From the human T2T-CHM13v2.0 reference genome, Homo sapiens, in assembly GCF_009914755.1 (NCBI RefSeq), contig NC_060945.1: 64,000 bases of DNA. One strand, 5' to 3'. The notes beneath the pieces are model-generated. The model was given only the letters and a program-made list of their open reading frames with translations. It had not been told where the DNA came from and ran no database searches. A program made the position numbers and the translations under genes. Shown one piece after another: positions 1-14,090 of the stretch (the first letter of the stretch is position 1; each line of letters begins with the position of its first letter).

Positions 1-75
1 GAGCCCCATGCAGTTCCCTGGGGCACAGCAGAAAGCTCTAAGGAGGGACAGGAGGAAAACAAGGTGAAGGAGGTG

Positions 76-435
76 CTTGGGCTAAATTGTGGCCCCCAAA
101 ATCCATATGTTGAAGTCCTAACCCCCGTACCTCAGAATGTGACCTTATTTGGAAACAGGGTCTTTGTGGAGGTGATTGAGTTCGAATGACGGCATTAGGG
201 TGGGCCTGGTCCGATCTGACTATGTCCTGTAAGACGAGGAGATGAGGACACAGATGCACACAGAGGGATGACCCTGTGAGGACACAGGGAGGAGATGCCA
301 TCTGCAAGCCGAGGAGAGAGGATTCAGAGGAACCAGCCCTGCCAATAACTTCATCTTGGATTTTCAGCCTCCAGGACTTTGAACCAATAAATGTACGTTG
401 AAGCTCCCCACCTGTGGGATTTGTTATTGCCGCTC
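76..435 (+). mobile_element. MaLR solo LTR, MLT1A-like
   Basis: Typical MLT1A blocks: ATATGTTGAAGTCCTAACCCC..CTCAGAATGTGACCTTATTTGGAAA, ATCTGCAAGCCGAGGAGAGAG, CAGCCTCCAGGAC..AATAAA. Confidence 0.75.
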
Positions 436-493
436 CATACAGGTGGGGGCCTGGGAACCTGGACTCATACAGGTCGGGGCCTGGGAACTTGGG
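434..493. repeat. ~30-bp tandem duplication
   Basis: CATACAGGTGGGGGCCTGGGAACCTGG followed by CATACAGGTCGGGGCCTGGGAACTTGG. Confidence 0.85.
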
Positions 494-1507
494 AAAATCG
501 TGCATCGCAGAGTGGGGCCCAGGAGGCCACTGCTGCTGGGGGTCAAGTGAGAGTAAGGCTGGGAATGTCCCTCCTTCCCCATGAGCGTTCTGAATTGTTT
601 TCTGATAATAACGGAACAGATATGTTTGGAAATAGTTTAAAATCTATTACTGTGACTGGTGCTTCACATATTTGTTTGTCTCAAAACACACAGATAGATA
701 ATCTATATAAAGAGAAAACAAGAAGACACAGACTGGAAAACAGATCTGGTTGTTACCAAGGCATTTAGCATGCAATTTCTCATTTGCTGTGGACACGACG
801 AGAAGAGAATTCCTCACTCGGTTTTCTGTCTGCCACCTTGCTAGTGATCAGCCCACTGGGAACATTTTATTAACCCCTTATTAAACTTTTATTAGTTTTA
901 CTTCCATTGCCTAGATAATCACTGTCCAATGAACACAATGCAAGCTAAAAAAAAAAACAAACTACTGAAAATCCAGATGGACACCTTTTGTGGGGGCAGA
1001 AATGGAACAGAAACGCTTAGCAGCAGCAGCGAGGGACATTGCAGCCACCAGCTGAAGAAGGGCTCCTGCCCCAGGGGTCCGGCGTGGTTTGGGTCTAGGG
1101 GTCATGGGGCCAAGAGGGCATCCAGAGAGACAAGCAGTCAGGGTCAGAATCAGACTCTGGGAGTGCAGGTTGAAATGAGACTGCTGCAGACCTCCCTCCT
1201 GAAATGTTTGTAGCAAACTGGTCCCCAGCAGGACTGGGGACAAGAAGGTGTCTCAGCAGGATGGGAAAAACTGAGATGCTGGGCCAGGGACACTCCGCTG
1301 ACTTCTAGGCAGGGGTTGCGAATGTCACGGTGAGACCTGGTCCTGGACGGAGACCAGCAGGCAGGAGGAGGCAGTCACGGAAATCCACAGAGAGAAAAGA
1401 AATTGCATAAGGAGATGGCACTCCTCAAATGGGGTGGGGCACCACAACTCCAGAACAAATGCCAATGCAGGGCACAGATGAGAAAAGCCATCATTAGAAT
1501 ATGCATC

Positions 1508-1575
1508 TTAGCTGGGTGTGGTGGCACGCACCTGTAGTCCCAGCTACTCGGGAGGCATGAGCCACCATGCTTGAC
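1508..1575. mobile_element. Fused Alu fragments in opposite orientations
   Basis: Sense Alu piece (TTAGCTGGGTGTGGTGGCAC..CTACTCGGGAGGC) runs directly into an antisense Alu 5' end (AGGCATGAGCCACCATGC). Confidence 0.8.
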
Positions 1576-2314
1576 TTCAATTAAAAAAAAAATAGGCATT
1601 CTTTCCAGGAAAATTAATTTTACAGAAAATCTGACATAGACTTTAAAATAGGTATGTGAAGTCCGCTCACAGAGATAACTTCTATTTCTCTGTTTGGATT
1701 TCATGATGCCCCGGAGTATCTTTTATGCATAGGAAAGACGATTTGCAATGACTTTTAAAAAAAATATATTTGATGTTTCAAGCTACAAATTTTAAAACAT
1801 GGTTTTTCCTTAGGCTTTCATGTTTAATTCCTCTTGTTCTACTTAGAAATCTGGAGAATTTTGATAATTACTCAGAAAAGGGGCTTTACAATTTTTGTTT
1901 ATTAAATGTTCTCAAATGTTTTGAATTGCATTTATCATTTTTAAATATTTTTAGTTTCATTTTAAGTACTTCAGTTGTCTAACAAAACTTTTTCAAGTAC
2001 ATGTGTAATTTTAATAGCATTCATTTATAAATGTGGTTATTTGTAAGCTGTCTTAAATAGTTTAGTATTGTTTCAAGAAACAGAAGAGGTCTGTTTTCAG
2101 CTTGATAGCAAAGATCTAAATTAATGCCTCAAAAACGCACTAGGTTGCAATCACAAGTCCAATTTGCTATATTCTCAAGTAATCCAAACTGTCTGAAATA
2201 TTACAAACATTTTAAACCCCTAATTTACACAGGTTATTCCTTAACTTAATTTTTTAAGTGTTGGTTCTCTTGTTTTTTTCATTGTCTTTGTTGGGGATTT
2301 GATAAAATTCACCC

Positions 2315-2468
2315 TTTTTGGGGCCTGCAGCTTGTACAATTTCGGGGCTCTCTTTAAGAGAAAGAACACACATTCATGACTATGAAGCGAGCTCCAGGGA
2401 CTCCAAAGGGGCACACGCTGTTAAAGGGCCTGAAGCTTCAACTTCATTGATTTCATGGTAAATTCAAC
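2315..2468. mobile_element. MER53-like DNA transposon remnant
   Basis: GGGCCTGCAGCTTGTACAATTT..CTCTTTAAGAGAAAGAA..GGGCCTGAAGCTTCAACTTCATT..CATGGTAAAT resembles the MER53 consensus. Confidence 0.55.
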
Positions 2469-2519
2469 TACAATTTCTATGTTTCTTCAAAGACTTTCCC
2501 GGGGTTAAAAATCACTTAC

Positions 2520-2656
2520 CTATCAAGTAAAACAATTTCATATTCAAAGCAAGCGGTGGTGATCCACCCAGGCCACGTTGTCACTGTCCTCACAGTCCAT
2601 CAGTGAGGGCTCTCACTCTGTCTGTGACACCCAAGGGGCCTCCAAGTGCTAACCAC
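2520..2656 (-). other. Candidate non-coding exon (137 nt)
   Basis: Minus strand: acceptor ggtttgtttcag|GTGG and donor GATAG|gtaagt; stops in all three frames. Confidence 0.35.
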
Positions 2657-3008
2657 CTGAAACAAACCGAGGTCTGATGAGGGATGCTGCGGTGATTCTT
2701 CAGAACATTATGGACGGTGGGGAAATCCCAAGACCACCAGAGGGAGCAGATGGATTCAGGAACAAACGTTAGCAGTCAGCGAACTTGGATCACCAGAAGC
2801 AGACACCGGAAAGAGGAAGAGCTTCAAAGCACTGAGCAAAAAAACCCACCCAGTGGAATCTTATACCCAGCAATAGTTGATTCAAGAGTGGAGTGGAAAT
2901 AAAAGTATTTTCAGATAATAAAAAATTAGTCGTTTTCCCACTTACTGTCTCCCATTAAAGGGATATTAATATAAGTCGTTGAGTAAGAAGCAAATTGAAA
3001 CTAGGAAG

Positions 3009-3310
3009 GGCTGATCGCAGTGGCTCATGCCTATAATCCCAGCACTCTGGGTGGCCGAGGTAGGCAGATCATCTGAGATCAGGAGTTCGAGACCAGCCTG
3101 GCCAACATGGCGAAACCCTGTCTCTACTAAAAATACAAAATTAGCTGGGCGTTGTGGTGCATGCCTGTAATCCCAGCTACTCAGGAGGCTGAGGCAGGAG
3201 AATCGCTTGAACCTCAGAGGCGGAGGTTGCAGTGAGTGGAGATCACGCCACTGCACTCCAGCCCAGGCGAGAGAGCAAGACTTCGTCTCAAAAAAAAAAA
3301 AAAAAAAAAA
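3009..3310 (+). mobile_element. Alu (AluS)
   Basis: Full dimer with A-rich linker and poly(A) tail. Confidence 0.95.
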
Positions 3311-3418
3311 GAGAGAGAAAGAAAGAAAGCTAGGAAAAGACCAGTGATTGAAGAAATGAAGGTAAACATAGAAATGGATAAAATAATGGGAAATTAAATT
3401 TCCTCTTGGCAGAAAGAG

Positions 3419-3890
3419 TGGTAGGCAGAAAAACGGCCCCCAAAAGACACCCAGGTCCTAAATCCCAAAACCTGTGAGTATGTTCCCTTACTTAGCAAAA
3501 AGCACTTTGCAAATGTGATTAAGGTTAAGAATTTTGAGACAGGAGACTATTCTGGGGTTTTCAGGTGAGTCTAACATAATCAGAAATTAACCTTTCCAGG
3601 GTCAGGAGAAGAGAGGTGTGACTACGGAAGAATGGTCAGAGACACACGATGCGGCTGGCTTTGAGGAAAGAGGATGGGGCAGCCTGTAGAAGATGGAAAA
3701 GACAAGGAAACAGAGTCCCCTTTGGAATCTCTGGAAAGAAACGTAACCCCATTGGCATCTTGGTGTGGGCCCAGCAAGACCCATGTCAGACTTCTGGCCT
3801 GCAACACTACAAGATAATAAGTCTGTATTGTTTAGCTCACTCCATCTGTAGTAATTTATTGCAGAAGCAATAGGAAAAACAAAACTAATA
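3419..3890 (+). mobile_element. MaLR LTR, MLT1D-like
   Basis: TGGTAGGCAGAAAAACGGCCCCCAAA..ACCTGTGAGTATGTT..GACTTCTGGCCTGCAACACTACAAGATAATAA..GCAATAGGAAA. Confidence 0.75.
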
Positions 3891-3942
3891 CATCCACTCA
3901 CCCGCCCAATCCCCACCCCCCACGCACACCTATTTAGTGTGT

Positions 3943-4510
<568 letters not shown>

Positions 4511-4837
4511 TGAAACTTATAAAGCTCCAAAGCAGGAGAAGGGAGAAAAGGGAATGCAAAAATTTTATTACTTCAACAGAAAGTAGAAGAGGAGAGAAAA
4601 AGGGAATGAAGAAAAAATTCAGTCAGAAATCAAAAGGTGAACTAGAGGAATCCCAAATATATTAGCAACCACAAAAAAATGTAAATCACATACAAAAGAT
4701 GGGAATGATCAGATTGAATAGAAAAACAAAATCCAGCCATATGCTGTTTAAAAGATGTAAGCCCAGGTAATGTGTTTGTGAACAATAACCTAAAGAAATA
4801 TGCTGTAGTCATATGAAAATTAGACAAATAAAATTCC

Positions 4838-5681
4838 AGGGCTCAGAATATGCTGCCCCAGAATAGGACACCCTGGCACACTGAGTATTTTAAGGTGAAG
4901 GAAACTGAGAATCTCGCAGAAGCAGGGAGTTCGCTCTCTGAGCTTCCTCCTTCCTTCTCTCCTGGAATAGGTCATAAGACCCTCATCCCAGAGGAGTCCT
5001 CCTCTACCCGGAAGAAAGGAAGGAAGACACAGAGATGCCAAGAAGAATCTGAACAAACAGGTCTGGCTAAGCTCCCTTAACCTTCATTAAACGTATGTAA
5101 AAAACTTCATAAACCTTCACTGTATTACCATTAGATCAAAGCCCGTTTGTCCCCTGTCATACTTTTCCACAACTGTTTATAGAAATACACAGTTTCAGCC
5201 AGGCATGGTGCCTCACACTTGTAGTCCCAGCACTTTGGGAGGATGAGGCAGGAGGATTGCTTGAGCCCCGGAGTTTGAAACTAGCCTGGGCGATATAGTG
5301 AAATCCTGTCTCTACAGGAAAAAAAAAAAAAAAAAAAGCTGGGTGTGCTGGTGCATGCCTGTGGTCCTAGCTACTGGGCAAGCTGAGGTGGATCACTTGA
5401 GCCCCAGCATTTGAGGCTGAGGCTGCAGTGGGCTATGATGGCACCAATGCACTCCAGCCTGAGCGACAGTGCAAGACATCGTCTCTAAACAAAACAAAAC
5501 AAAAAATACACCATTTCCCTGCTTCTGTGGGTCTTTATTTCTGAAGGCTCTCGTGTGACATAAACCTGACACTAAATAATTTTGTATGCTTTTCTCTTCT
5601 TACATCTGTCTTTCGTTATAGGGGTTTGGGCCGTGAACCTAGCGATGGGTGAGAAAAATATATTACTTTTTCTCCCCTATT
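4838..5681 (+). mobile_element. ERV1-class solo LTR (MER34/LTR54-like group), interrupted by an Alu
   Basis: Starts GGGCTCAGAATATGCTGCCCCAGAATA..GAGTATTTTAAGGTGAAGG and ends ..TTACTTTTTCTCCCCTA; exact family uncertain. Confidence 0.65.
5197..5505 (+). mobile_element. Alu (AluJ-like)
   Basis: Dimer with the J-type GGAGGATTGCTTGAGCCC motif; diverged TSD AAATACAC(A/C)..TTTC. Confidence 0.9.
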
Positions 5682-6567
5682 AGATTTTAAAGGAAAAGGC
5701 ATAAGCAGGGATAAAGAACTCCATATAAGAATAAAATGGCAATCTACGATCTTTTAAAGGATACATGTAACATATATTAAAATTGATTACATAACATGTT
5801 ACAAAGTATGTAAGTACTTTGTAAGGAAACAATTAATAGAGTTCCCTATACAAGCTAGTAAATGTAATAGAAACCTACAAAACAATAAAGAGAATCAATC
5901 AAACTGGTTCTTAAAATGAACAAAAAGCATAAAATAGATAATTTCCCATCAAGACTGACCAAAGAAACAAGAGGAAAGGCACAAACTACGTAAGAATAAT
6001 AGGGAAGATAAAAAGAGAGATTAAACATTTTAACAAAATATATACATGACTTTATATTTGTACATTTTAAAACTTGCACAAAATGTGTACACTTCTAAAA
6101 AAAAAACCAAATCGCCAGAATTAACTCAAGAAGAAAGTAAAAGCCTGAGTAAATCAATGCAACCACTAAAGAAATTGAATCTGCATCAAATACCTCCTTA
6201 CAGCCTAAAAAGATACTAAGCCCAAATTTACAGAATTTTTTTTCTTTTATCAAGAATTCAAAGAACGCTTATCTTATGCAAACAGTTACATAGACTAGAA
6301 AAGAAAGTTGAAGCATTTTGGGTCTGAACACCAAAACCAAATGAAAGCAGTGTAAGTTAGATACTAATTTCAATTATGAACTTAGATGCAAATATTTTAT
6401 TTACATACATAAATAAAATATCAGCAAACTAGATCCAGCAGTATATATTTAAAAAACTTAAGACCAAGTAGGATTTATCATAGCAATGCAAAAGTCTATT
6501 AATTTTATAAACTATCTTTACAGATGCTCTCTATTGCCAGTTCTAGTCAATATTGTGCTAGATTCTA

Positions 6568-7131
6568 GCAAGCAAGCAAGCAAGCAAGCAAGAAAGAAAA
6601 GAAACTGGAGGGAAGGAAGAAAGGGAGGCAGGGAGGAAGGGAAAGGAGGGAAGGAAGGAAGGAAGGGAAAGAAAGAAAGAGAAGGAAGAAAGGAGAGAGA
6701 GAGGGAGGGAGGGAAAGAAAGAAAGAAGGAAAGAAAGAGAGAGAGAGAAAAAGAAAGAGGAAAGAAAGAAAGAAAAGGGAAAGAAAGGAAAGAAAAGAAA
6801 GAAAAAAGAAAGAAAGGGAAAGAAAGGAAAGGAAAGAAAAAAGAAAGAAAGAGAAAAACTGGAGGAGAGGAAGGAAGGGAGGGAGGGAGGGAGGGAAAGG
6901 AGGGAAGGAAGGGAAAGAAAGAAGGAAGGAAGGAGAGAGAGAGGGAAAGAAAAGGAAAGGAAAGAAAGAAGAAAAAGAAAAAGAAAGAAAGGAAGGAAGG
7001 AAAAGAAAGGAAAGGAAAGGAAAGGAAAGGAAAGGAAAGAAAGAAGAAAAAGAAAAAGAAAGAAAGGAAGGAAGGAAAAGAAAGGAAAGGAAAGGAAAGG
7101 AAAGGAAAGGAAAGGAAAGGAGGAAGGAAGG
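6568..7131. repeat. ~560-bp polypurine (GAAA/GGAA/GGAAA) tract
   Basis: Plus strand almost entirely A/G. Confidence 0.97.
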
Positions 7132-7513
7132 GTTAAATCAAGTTTAGCCTCAAGCTGCTCCTTACGTATTTTAAGTTCAGCCCAAAGGTTTCTCTGTACC
7201 TGGTGACTATAACCTAAATGGAGTTGTAAGCAGACCATAGCCTACTCTAGTGCCAGTCACTGAGTTTTGGCCGATCAAAGGTGGCCAACTGTTCGAACCA
7301 TGTTCAAATAAGGCAAATGCCGAGCTGTAACCAAGGTGGCTATTTCTGTACCTCGCTTCTGTTTTCTGTATGTCACTTTCCTTTTCCTGTCCTTAAATTG
7401 TCTTCCACCACGTGGCTGTGCCGGAGTCTCCGAGCCTACTCTGGCTTGGGAGGCTGCCCCATTTGCAAGCTCAATTAAACTTTGCTCAATTAAACTCTGT
7501 TAACTTTAGTGGC
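7131..7513 (+). mobile_element. MER57-family ERV1 solo LTR
   Basis: GTTAAATCAAGTTTAGCCT..AAGCTGC..TTTTAAGTTCAGCCCAAAGGTTTCTCTGTAC..GTTCAAATAAGGCAAATGCCGAGCTGTAACCAA matches MER57. Confidence 0.85.
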
Positions 7514-8733
7514 TAAGGTTTTTTTTTTTTAGAAGAAAGGAAAGGAGGAAGGAATTAGAAAGGAATACGAAAAGCTGTCATTATATGCAGTAGATATAAC
7601 TGGCTACTAGAAAATGCAAGAGAATGTACGACTACTAGCACTAACAAGAGAGTCTAGCAAGGTTTTGGATACACAACCAGCATATAAAAATTAGCAGCAG
7701 GTGTTTACACCCCACAATGTAATCCAAAAAAGGATTCCATATAATTGCAGCAAAAATTATTTGATCCCTAAATCTAACAAAAAATCTGCAAGAGAAAACT
7801 TAAAGCTGATTTAAATAAAAACATACCACGCTAATAAACAGAAAGACTCAATATCATAATGATGTCAATTCTGTTCTTTCCAAATGAATCTGCAAATGCA
7901 ATGCCATTTTGAGCAAAGTTTCTAAGGGCTTTCCAAGTGTCTTGCCAAGCTGATTATAAAATTCATATGAAAATTAGAAGTCCAAGAGTTTTAAAGAGGG
8001 AAAATTCATCTTCCTAGGTATCATAATTCATCATAAATACGTAAATTAAAACAGTATGGAACTGTTCAGAGAACAACAGACAGACCAATGGCATAAAACA
8101 GAAATCCAAGAAACAGACTTTCAATTGGTGGCAAATTGGTCCTGAGGCCAGGTAGCGTGACAAAACAGTGGGGGAATATTTGGTAAATGCTACTGAGGCC
8201 CAGCTTTGTGAGGCAGGGGGTTTTGAGAGTGGGGAATACCAAACTGGCCTGAGGCAGAGGAAAGCTGACTTGCTTTCTACCTGGCCCCCATCCCCAACAC
8301 TCCCGAGCCTGGGGACCACTTCTATTCTAGAGCGACAGATTTGCTCTATAAAAACAGTTGCAGTTAGAACTGGGCCATGCTGGGAGGCTGCTGGCAGGGA
8401 GGCTGGCAAGAACTCAGGGCTGGGTAGAGGCTCTTGGGGGTGCACAGACAGGAGACACCTGTCTCCTTTTCTGGGGTGCCAGGAGTCCTGGCCGGTGATG
8501 GACAGGAATAAGCAGAGGCCCTGAGAGTGGCAGCTGACTTATTTTGGCATGGGTGCACAGTTGCTGAGCTGTTTCCTCTGTGGGTGGCCCAGCTCCCAAC
8601 CTGAGACCTATCTGAGCATCCATTGTAGCCTAGGTTCTGCTCTTACCTAAGGAATCCTTACAGCCTTCAAGGTTTGTGGAATCTCTATTTTATAGAAAGC
8701 AGCAAAGGTGCTCAAAGAGGCTAAGTAACTGGC

Positions 8734-9029
8734 TTTTTTTTTTTTTTTTAATGGAGTCTTGTTCTGTCACCCAGGCTGGAGTGCAAGGGCACAATCTGGC
8801 CTCACTACAACCTCCACTTCCCCGGTTCAAAGGGATTCTCCCACCTCAGCCTCCCAAGTAGCTGGGACTACAGGTGCGCACCATTATGCCCAGCTAATTT
8901 TTATATTTTTTGTAGAGCCAGAATTTTGCCGTGTTGGCCGGGCTGGTCTCGAACTTCTAGCCTCAAGTGATCCACCCGCCTTGGTCTCGCTAATGCTGGG
9001 ATTACAGGTGTGATTCAACATGCCTGGCC
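8734..9029 (-). mobile_element. Alu (old, J/S), inserted in a MIR
   Basis: Antisense dimer led by poly(T); MIR-like sequence on both flanks. Confidence 0.9.
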
Positions 9030-9807
9030 CCACATGCTTTTTAAAGCAGCTTGGCTGGGATTTGAATGCATGAGCTTCTGACAACACAGGTCAAGAAACA
9101 TCTCCCACCATACCCTCTTTAAGAGGCCACCAGCACTTCTGTTAGAAGTTGCAGCAGAGAAAGGATCCTTTAGGCACATCTCCCAGATCCTTGCGAAGAG
9201 GGGCAAAGGGAACTTGGAGGAGGCCAAGCTCCTGGGAGAAGAACTGTATCTAAATGCAGATGTCCTATTATTGCCGTCAGAGAAGACACACCCGAAGCTG
9301 AGACAGGGCTCTCCCAGAAGTGAAGGAAGATTTCTTAGTAAAAGTTTGCAGGTGGGGCTGGAAAGATAGGCTTCTGAAATAGGGGGCTTCTAACATCCTT
9401 GGGTGAGCCCCTAAAGCAGGTGGGGGCGGGGAGAGGGTACTTGCAGTGAGTGAGGATAGTTTTAAGGTAATCAATAGTTAGATCTTCATTTTACAAATGG
9501 GCCTCCCAACCCAAAGCACCCTGCCAGAGAGGCATCTGAGGACACAGCCCCCCTCCACTTCCACCTCCTGACCTCACCCAGCTCCCCCTCCCCAAAAGCG
9601 GGAGGAGGTGATTGGGGTGTGGAGACAGCAAGCACCCCATGACTAGGTATTGATCCTGCAAACCAGAAAGTTTCCAGTTCTTGGCTTTAAGCAGGGCAGA
9701 TGAAAGCCCTACATTCGTTGCCCCCTGAGAGACCATTAAAATCACATTGATCGTTACTGACCATAGGACCCACGAATCCTCCCCATCCCATAAGGCAGGC
9801 ATTGCCA

Positions 9808-9905
9808 GATGACAGATGGGGAAACTGAGGCACAGGAGGCTGTAATAGCCTGCCTGAGGTTGCACACCTAGTAAATGATGGAGCAGGGCTGGGAACTTAA
9901 AAGTG
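9808..9905 (-). mobile_element. MIR fragment
   Basis: CAGATGGGGAAACTGAGGCACAG..GGTTGCACACCTAGTAAATG is the antisense MIR core. Confidence 0.8.
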
Positions 9906-10584
9906 TGGCTTTCATCGTGAATTCTGGGGTGTAACCTGGGAGGACTTCACAGAGTGAGTAGGATGACTGCAAAGTCCCCGTGTTCCCATCCACTTGTCCA
10001 AGGCAAGCTTGTTTCCTCAGCACTTACACTGATACATCAGAGAACAGAGGCCAAATTGGTGCTGAGCTGTCTCATTCACGCACGGATGCATAAACAAAAT
10101 GGGAACCTCAGAACAGCCTGTGGACTGGATTTCTGCCCCTGCCATGCACGGATGCTCAGCCTGTCAACTGGATTTCTACCCCTGCACGTCGGTAAGTAGC
10201 TGGCTGTGCTCAGGCTGTGCCCAGCTGGCACCCAGCCCCATGGAGCTCGGGGAGTGTCTCCAAAGGGGGAAGGGAATATTGGAATTTATGGTCAATTTGA
10301 AGGGTGGCCTGAGGCAGGACATTCACTGCCTGGCAGGTGAAGGCGGACATAATTAGAACTTGGCTAGGGCCTTCAGAGGATTGGTGGGAAAAGCCAGAAG
10401 AGGATTTTGAAGCGAGGTGTTTGGAAGAATCTTAGCGTTGTCCATTGATATCTTCCACTGCAGTGTTGACGGGTCTTTCAGGGAGTTACTGTAATCAAAC
10501 CATTTGTCAGGACGCAGGTGCCTGGAATGGTCAAGAAATATGACAAGGACAACAGGATGGTGAAGTCCTCTCAGACTGGGAGCT

Positions 10585-10725
10585 GCGTCTGTCCATGTCT
10601 GTGTCTGTGTGTATCTGTGTGTGTCTGTGTCTGTTCACGTCTGTGTCTGTGTGTGTCCATGTCTGTGTCTGTGTCTGTGTCTGTGTGTGTCCGTGTCTGT
10701 GTCTGTGTCTGGGTGTGTTTGTGTG
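10585..10725. repeat. (TGTCTG)n/(TG)n microsatellite
   Basis: Direct inspection. Confidence 0.95.
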
Positions 10726-11037
10726 GAGGGGTATGAGTTCTCAAATCCTGCCACCTCATGAACAGATCCTTTTCTGGTAGATGCTATTAAACACAGAAGT
10801 TACAATTGTAACAATATCTATGCTATACTTATTGTTGTCACCAGCCGTGCATTAATCATTGAGATGATAACTCCAATTCAGGAGTTATCAGGGCCCTATG
10901 CCTCAGATAGTTTTAAATTTGCATTTTCTTCTAGGGGAGTATGACAAGTTAATCCAAAAAAGACATAAATAAATATTGTTAAATAAATTTGGACTTAGGA
11001 GAAACTTTACTGGATAAGATATTCAAACAGAAAGAAA

Positions 11038-12120
<1,083 letters not shown>

Positions 12121-13302
12121 AGCAGTTATTCTCCAACCATGAGACCTGCAAGTATCTGAAGAGGTAGGCACAAAGGGATTTTCTTTTGTAGAGAGGAGTA
12201 AACAAAACTAGGAAGAGCAGAGTCTGGGGCAGTGACATGGATGGGAGGCACATGGTCAAAGAAGGTTTGACCTGAGGCCGGCCTCTTCTCAGAAGGGGCT
12301 GCCTGCAGGCGCAGGCTGAGGGCAGTCCAAGTTTAGGAGCCCAGGGAAGGAAAGAAGCTTAACCAAAGTTTGGTTAATGAGGATTTTGTTCTGATTGATC
12401 AGTGGGCAGAGCAACTCAGCCAATCACTGATGGCCAAAGAATAGAAACCTGGAAGGCCTCACACTGGCCTTGTCCTAGGTCAACATGGACCATCGGTGAC
12501 TTGCATCTACATCACATGGGAAGGTCATTCCTTGCAGTAAACCATTTTCTGGAACACAAAAGGGTAAGAGGATTTCCTAACCTCCAGATAAAGTTCAACG
12601 TTGTCAATATTTAATGTATTACATTTAGATAAAATCAGTAGAGGCCATAGAATAGAAATGCAAATTCACGGAGAAAAGCATTCCCATAAAATTTCTGTCA
12701 GAGAGCTGGTTTTCACGCTTTTTAAACGACTAGCGGCTGACGTCAGATTGCTGTGCTAGTTAGATTCCATTGGATACATTTTAAAGATGATGTGAATTTT
12801 GTTTAAAATGTCAATATTCAAATTACGCTGATTCCCTACTTGACTAATTAAATGTATGATAGAAGTGTTTAGATATCAGCTTTAAAAGTACAAAAGGGCC
12901 GTGGTCTTTCAAAACACTTTAGAAATTCTATAAGTAAAGATCTAAAGACTGCTGCCCCAGGAGTGGGTGGGAGTGTGTCTTCAAGGTGATTCTCAAAGGC
13001 TGCCTTAGCCATGGGTGGTTGCATGTGATCCCATCAGCAGCCCAGTCCAAGTAGAACTGGAGGACAAGACGTGCCCCTCAGCCTAGTGGTCAGCCCTCTG
13101 GCCTGGAGGCTGCAGGTGACTCCTGTGGACTGACAGGCTTAGTAATGGAAGTGCTTACTGCTCAGGTCCCAATCCCTGGGGGACCCAGGCCTCAGGATTT
13201 TCACCTCCCAGGTGACTCCCAGGTAACTCCCAGATGAGACAGGTTGAAAGCCTCCACTGGTAAAAAGGCCCAGTGCACCAATAAGCAAAGGGTTTTTCCT
13301 TC

Positions 13303-14090
13303 TTTGTTTTTGTTTTTAACGTTTATTTTAGGTTCAGGGATACATGTATAGGCTTGTTACATGGGTAAATTGCATGTCACAGGGGTTTGGTGTGCAGATT
13401 ATTTCACCACCCAGGTAATAGGCATAGTACCCAATAGTTTTTCTGTCCTCATCCTCCTCCTTTCCTCCACCCTCAAGTAGACTCTAGTGTCTGTTGTTCT
13501 CTTCTTTTTGTCTGTGTATACTCAATGTTTAGCTCCCACTTATAAGTGAGAACACACGGTATTTGCTTTTCTGTTCCTGTGTTAGTTCTCGTAGGATTAT
13601 GGCCTCCAGGTCCATCCATGTTGCTGCAAAGGACACAACCTCGTCCTTTTTTATGGTTGCGTAATGTTCCATGGTGTATATGCACAACATTTTCTTTATC
13701 CAATCTACCGTTAATGGACATTTAGCTTGATTAACAGACACTGTTCAAAAGAAAACATACACGTGGCCAACAAGCATATGAAAATGTTCAACATCACTAA
13801 TTATTAGATAAATGCAAATCAAAACCACAGTGAGATACCATCTCACACTAGTCAGAATGGCTATTATTAAAAAGTCAAAAAAAAATAACAGATGCTGGCA
13901 AGGTTGTAGAGAAAAGGGAACGTAAATTAGTTCAGCCATTGTGGAAAGCAGTTTGGCAATTTCTCAAAGAACTTAAAGCAGAATTACCGTTCGACCCAGC
14001 AATCCTATTATTGGGCATATACCCAAAGGAATATTCATTGTTCTACTGTAAAGACGCATGCATGGTGTGTTCATCACAGCACAATTCACA
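13303..14090 (-). mobile_element. Older L1PA (about L1PA15/16) 3' end with 5' inversion
   Basis: 13303-13732 is an antisense 3' end; 13733-14090 is the adjacent upstream ORF2 segment in sense orientation. Confidence 0.85.

Noticed and set aside
6486-7238. 216-aa Lys/Glu/Arg and 226-aa Phe/Ser/Leu ORFs
   Set aside because: Read-through of the polypurine tract
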